NCBI GenBank assembly: GCA_029907255.1
Contig: JARYMF010000007.1
Coordinates: 37,896-101,895 of the forward strand
Direction of reading: 5' to 3'
Origin: Armatimonadota bacterium
Lineage (GTDB): Bacteria; Armatimonadota; UBA5829; DTJY01
Length of the DNA: 64,000 nucleotides
The position numbers were made by a program, and so were the translations under genes. Below the pieces are notes generated by a model. That model worked only from the letters and a program-made list of their open reading frames with translations. It ran no database searches and had not been told where the DNA came from. The first letter of the stretch is position 1. Every line of letters begins with the position of its first letter. Shown here piece after piece: positions 62,665 to 64,000 of this stretch.

Positions 62665-64000
62665 CTATCCCATTATGACGTGGACTTTATGTACGCCGCT
62701 TGTGAAAACCGGAAGGGTATTTCCAGCGATTGGCTTTCCATCTACTTGGATGCTTTTGACTCCATGTTGCACATGATTTGGATTTTGTACTTCAATCTCG
62801 TAAATCGCTCCCCTAAATTTTCGAATAACGCTGAAGGAATCCCAATCATGCGGAATACAAGGGTCAATAGTGAGACCATCGTATGTAGGACGAACGCCGA
62901 GAATCCAATCGAGACCATCGCGGTACATCCAGACTGCTGAACCTGTCAGCCATGAGTGGCTTGCTTCACCAAAGGTTGGATGATCAGGACTAGTAACATA
63001 TTCCGAATATACATATGGTTCCATTCGGTAAATATCTGGATCGTATGCTTGGTTGATTGGGATAGTCTTCTTGAAATACTCATACGCTCTGTCGCCATTT
63101 CCGATAACACATTCGGCAAGAATTGCCCATGCGGCAGGATGATTGAAAATTGCGCCATTCTCTTTCTTGCCGGGTACACATCTTGTCGCAAGTCCAATCC
63201 CTGAGTCTACCTTTGTATAAGCTGGATGCAAAATCTTGGGCCCTCTTGGTGTGTTTAGGTATTTATAGACGGAATCCATAGTCATGCGAGCGCGGTCCTC
63301 TGGAGCTATGCCGCTAATTACAGCCCATGTTGTTGACTCCAAGAATATACGGCCTTCCTCGTTGGTATGTGAACCAATTACGCTGCCGTCATCTCTTGTT
63401 CCGCGTATATACCACTCTCCATCCCAGCAGTATTTATTGAGCGCATCTGCAATTTGAGCATATTCTGAGCGGTACTGTTTTGCCTTGTTCAGGATTTCCG
63501 TGTGGTCGAGTCCTATGTTTGAAGAAATTTCTTTAGATGAACCGCATTTTTCTAGCAGTTCCGCCGCTTCTCTTAAAACATAGCATAAGAACTCAGCAAC
63601 CCACATACTTTCGCCGATTCCCTCTCTGCCGACATAATCGAGTGTGTCGTTCCAGTCACCTGGCCCAAATTTTGGTAGGTGTCTGGGTGTTAGATTGCTT
63701 AATGGATAATCAATTGCCCGAATTAGATGCTCGAGAACAGTTGCCTCGCCTTTGTCGTGGAACGGTACAACTTTTTGGAGAAAGCCAAAGTCGCCTGTTT
63801 CCTTTAGGTATGCAACAATGGCGAAAGGAAGCCACAAAGGAGTGTCCGAGTGGCCCGTTTTTTCTCCTTGACCAGTGAGGCGGAAGTAATTATGGAGTGT
63901 GCTTCCATCGGCAAATTGGTGGGAAAGGACTTCGCAAATACGCTCGGCAACAACTTGAGGTTCGGCAATTAAAGGGCCGAGGAGGTCTTGGCATTGATCA
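62665..64000 (-). CDS. GH94 glycoside phosphorylase, C-terminal part (5'-truncated by window)
   Basis: Frame is open to the window end (DQCQD...HSDTPLW); GDWNDTL, WDGEWY, KENGAIFNH and WLTGSAVW motifs. Confidence 0.92.
   Translation of the reverse strand, partial: DQCQDLLGPLIAEPQVVAERICEVLSHQFADGSTLHNYFRLTGQGEKTGHSDTPLWLPFAIVAYLKETGDFGFLQKVVPFHDKGEATVLEHLIRAIDYPLSNLTPRHLPKFGPGDWNDTLDYVGREGIGESMWVAEFLCYVLREAAELLEKCGSSKEISSNIGLDHTEILNKAKQYRSEYAQIADALNKYCWDGEWYIRGTRDDGSVIGSHTNEEGRIFLESTTWAVISGIAPEDRARMTMDSVYKYLNTPRGPKILHPAYTKVDSGIGLATRCVPGKKENGAIFNHPAAWAILAECVIGNGDRAYEYFKKTIPINQAYDPDIYRMEPYVYSEYVTSPDHPTFGEASHSWLTGSAVWMYRDGLDWILGVRPTYDGLTIDPCIPHDWDSFSVIRKFRGAIYEIEVQNPNHVQHGVKSIQVDGKPIAGNTLPVFTSGVHKVHVIMG

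Noticed and set aside
1..64000. CRISPR arrays, tRNA/rRNA genes, transposases, integrases, prophage or defence genes
   Set aside because: No regularly spaced direct repeats, RNA gene signatures or mobile-element proteins were recognised by eye.

Overview
Bases 1-49,000 hold an essentially complete flagellar super-cluster. The + strand carries a histidine kinase (partial), a single-domain response regulator, rpoN, then flgBC-fliEFGHIJ-slt-fliK-flgD, cheX-like-TIGR02530-flgE-flbD-motAB-fliLMNOPQR-flhBA-PilZ-fliA. The - strand carries flgFG-flgAHIJ and flgM-flgN-flgKL-fliW-fliC-fliD-fliS. A divergent sigma54-type operon follows, probably for flagellin glycosylation: HAD phosphatase, kinase-inserted nucleotidyltransferase, a 1762-aa multi-domain glycosyltransferase and a TPR-GT2. 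Bases 49,000-64,000 hold metabolic genes: AKR-ferredoxin, sugar epimerase, cysS, deacetylase, DegT aminotransferase, two oxidoreductases, two unusual sugar ABC components, an AIR-synthase-like protein, a small Cys-rich protein and a partial GH94 phosphorylase. Firmicutes-like gene content combined with P/L-ring genes suggests a diderm Terrabacterium, possibly Armatimonadota (inference only). The most striking signal is that 9 of about 52 flagellar-region proteins, all cytoplasm-facing, end in Ala-Ala (6 in KAA), versus none of the 12 downstream metabolic proteins, which suggests a built-in ClpXP-type degradation programme. Other notable points: three near-identical sigma54 promoters next to a zinc-ribbon-containing RpoN, FliM without its CheY-binding motif plus a degenerate CheX, and structured RNA leaders before flgE and fliC. 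All calls come from reading motifs by eye; no database searches were run.
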